Shown here: positions 63,700 to 64,000 of the stretch, in pieces
Numbering within the stretch: the stretch's first letter is position 1
Layout: each line of letters starts with the position of its first letter
From: a virus
Lineage: Duplodnaviria; Heunggongvirae; Uroviricota; Caudoviricetes
DNA: 64,000 bases
Reading direction: 5' to 3' (one strand)
Virus record (IMG/VR): IMGVR_UViG_3300035180_000678
Program-made: the position numbers and the translations under genes
Notes under the pieces: generated by a model
What the model was told of the DNA's origin: nothing
Database searches by the model: none
Seen by the model: the letters and a program-made list of their open reading frames with translations, nothing else

Positions 63700-64000
63700 A
63701 TGTCGAAGACGAACGAAAGAACGAACGCGGGCGCGATTTGGGTCGTGATCCTGATGATGCTGGTGCTGCTGCCCGCCTCGTGCAAGGCGGCGGACCTGTG
63801 GCTGGACACGATGGTCACGTCCTACCACAGCAACCACAACGCCAACTACAACCAGCAGAACCCGGGCATCGGCGTCGAGTACGCCCCGGCTGCCTCGGAT
63901 GTCGCCTACGGGGCGATGGTGTACGAGAACAGCTACAAGCGCACGGCTGTGCTGGCTGCTGCCACCTACACCCCGATCCACGTGTTCGGCCTGAAGGCGG
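63700..64000 (+). CDS. lipoprotein, 3'-truncated at window end
   Basis: ATG at 63700. Signal peptide with lipobox LLPASC. The frame is open to the end of the window. Confidence 0.4.
   Translation, partial: MSKTNERTNAGAIWVVILMMLVLLPASCKAADLWLDTMVTSYHSNHNANYNQQNPGIGVEYAPAASDVAYGAMVYENSYKRTAVLAAATYTPIHVFGLKA

Noticed and set aside
1-64000. Searched for CRISPR arrays, rRNA, integrase/att sites and transposases
   Set aside because: No spaced direct-repeat arrays, no rRNA-like conserved blocks, no tyrosine/serine recombinase motifs in any long ORF.

Overview
This 64-kb window reads as most of a high-GC tailed dsDNA phage (or prophage) genome, built from two oppositely transcribed arms.

The left arm (plus strand, ~1-31.7 kb) carries early, replication and nucleotide-metabolism genes. 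It has a T7-like replisome: gp4-like primase-helicase, family-A DNA polymerase, gp6-like 5'-3' exonuclease, gp2.5/SSB-like protein with a DDDVPF tail, and endonuclease VII. It also carries a UvrD-like helicase, a class II-like ribonucleotide reductase with an NrdH-like redoxin, a dNMP kinase and a ThyX-like protein. A Prs-like / NAMPT-like gene pair looks like an NAD+ reconstitution (NARP1-type) counter-defence module. Two HD-domain hydrolases, a MazG-like protein, an HNH endonuclease, a metallophosphatase, an SPFH lipoprotein and many small unknown ORFs complete the arm. Genes are separated by clear rho-independent terminators and at least one near-consensus sigma70 promoter.

The arm ends at a bidirectional terminator (~31.75 kb). 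The right arm (minus strand, ~31.8-61.1 kb) begins with endonuclease VII and a lysis cassette (holin, GH19 endolysin, membrane protein). It continues with a lambda-like siphovirus morphogenesis module: tail fibers, a 1721-aa tape measure protein, G/GT chaperones with a TTTTTTG slippery site, major tail protein, head-tail joining proteins, gpE-like major capsid protein, gpD-like decoration protein, scaffold, S49 prohead protease, portal and TerL. A dense island of about 20 minus-strand tRNA genes lies between TerL and two further structural-type genes.

A divergent sigma70 promoter pair at ~61.15-61.31 kb flanks an AT-rich island and starts a final plus-strand block (small acidic protein, PhoH, ClpP-like protease, partial lipoprotein). 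No integrase, CRISPR array or rRNA was seen.

The most notable items are:
- the NARP1-like Prs+NAMPT pair;
- an isolated plus-strand tRNA-like element whose anticodon position reads CUA (amber);
- a packed tRNA island containing several non-canonical tRNAs;
- a divergent ThyX-like protein with a THR-x7-S-x-R motif;
- three tandem small paralogs sharing a W-x-SS-x-C C-terminus;
- two candidate stringent-response hydrolases (SpoT-like HD and MazG-like).
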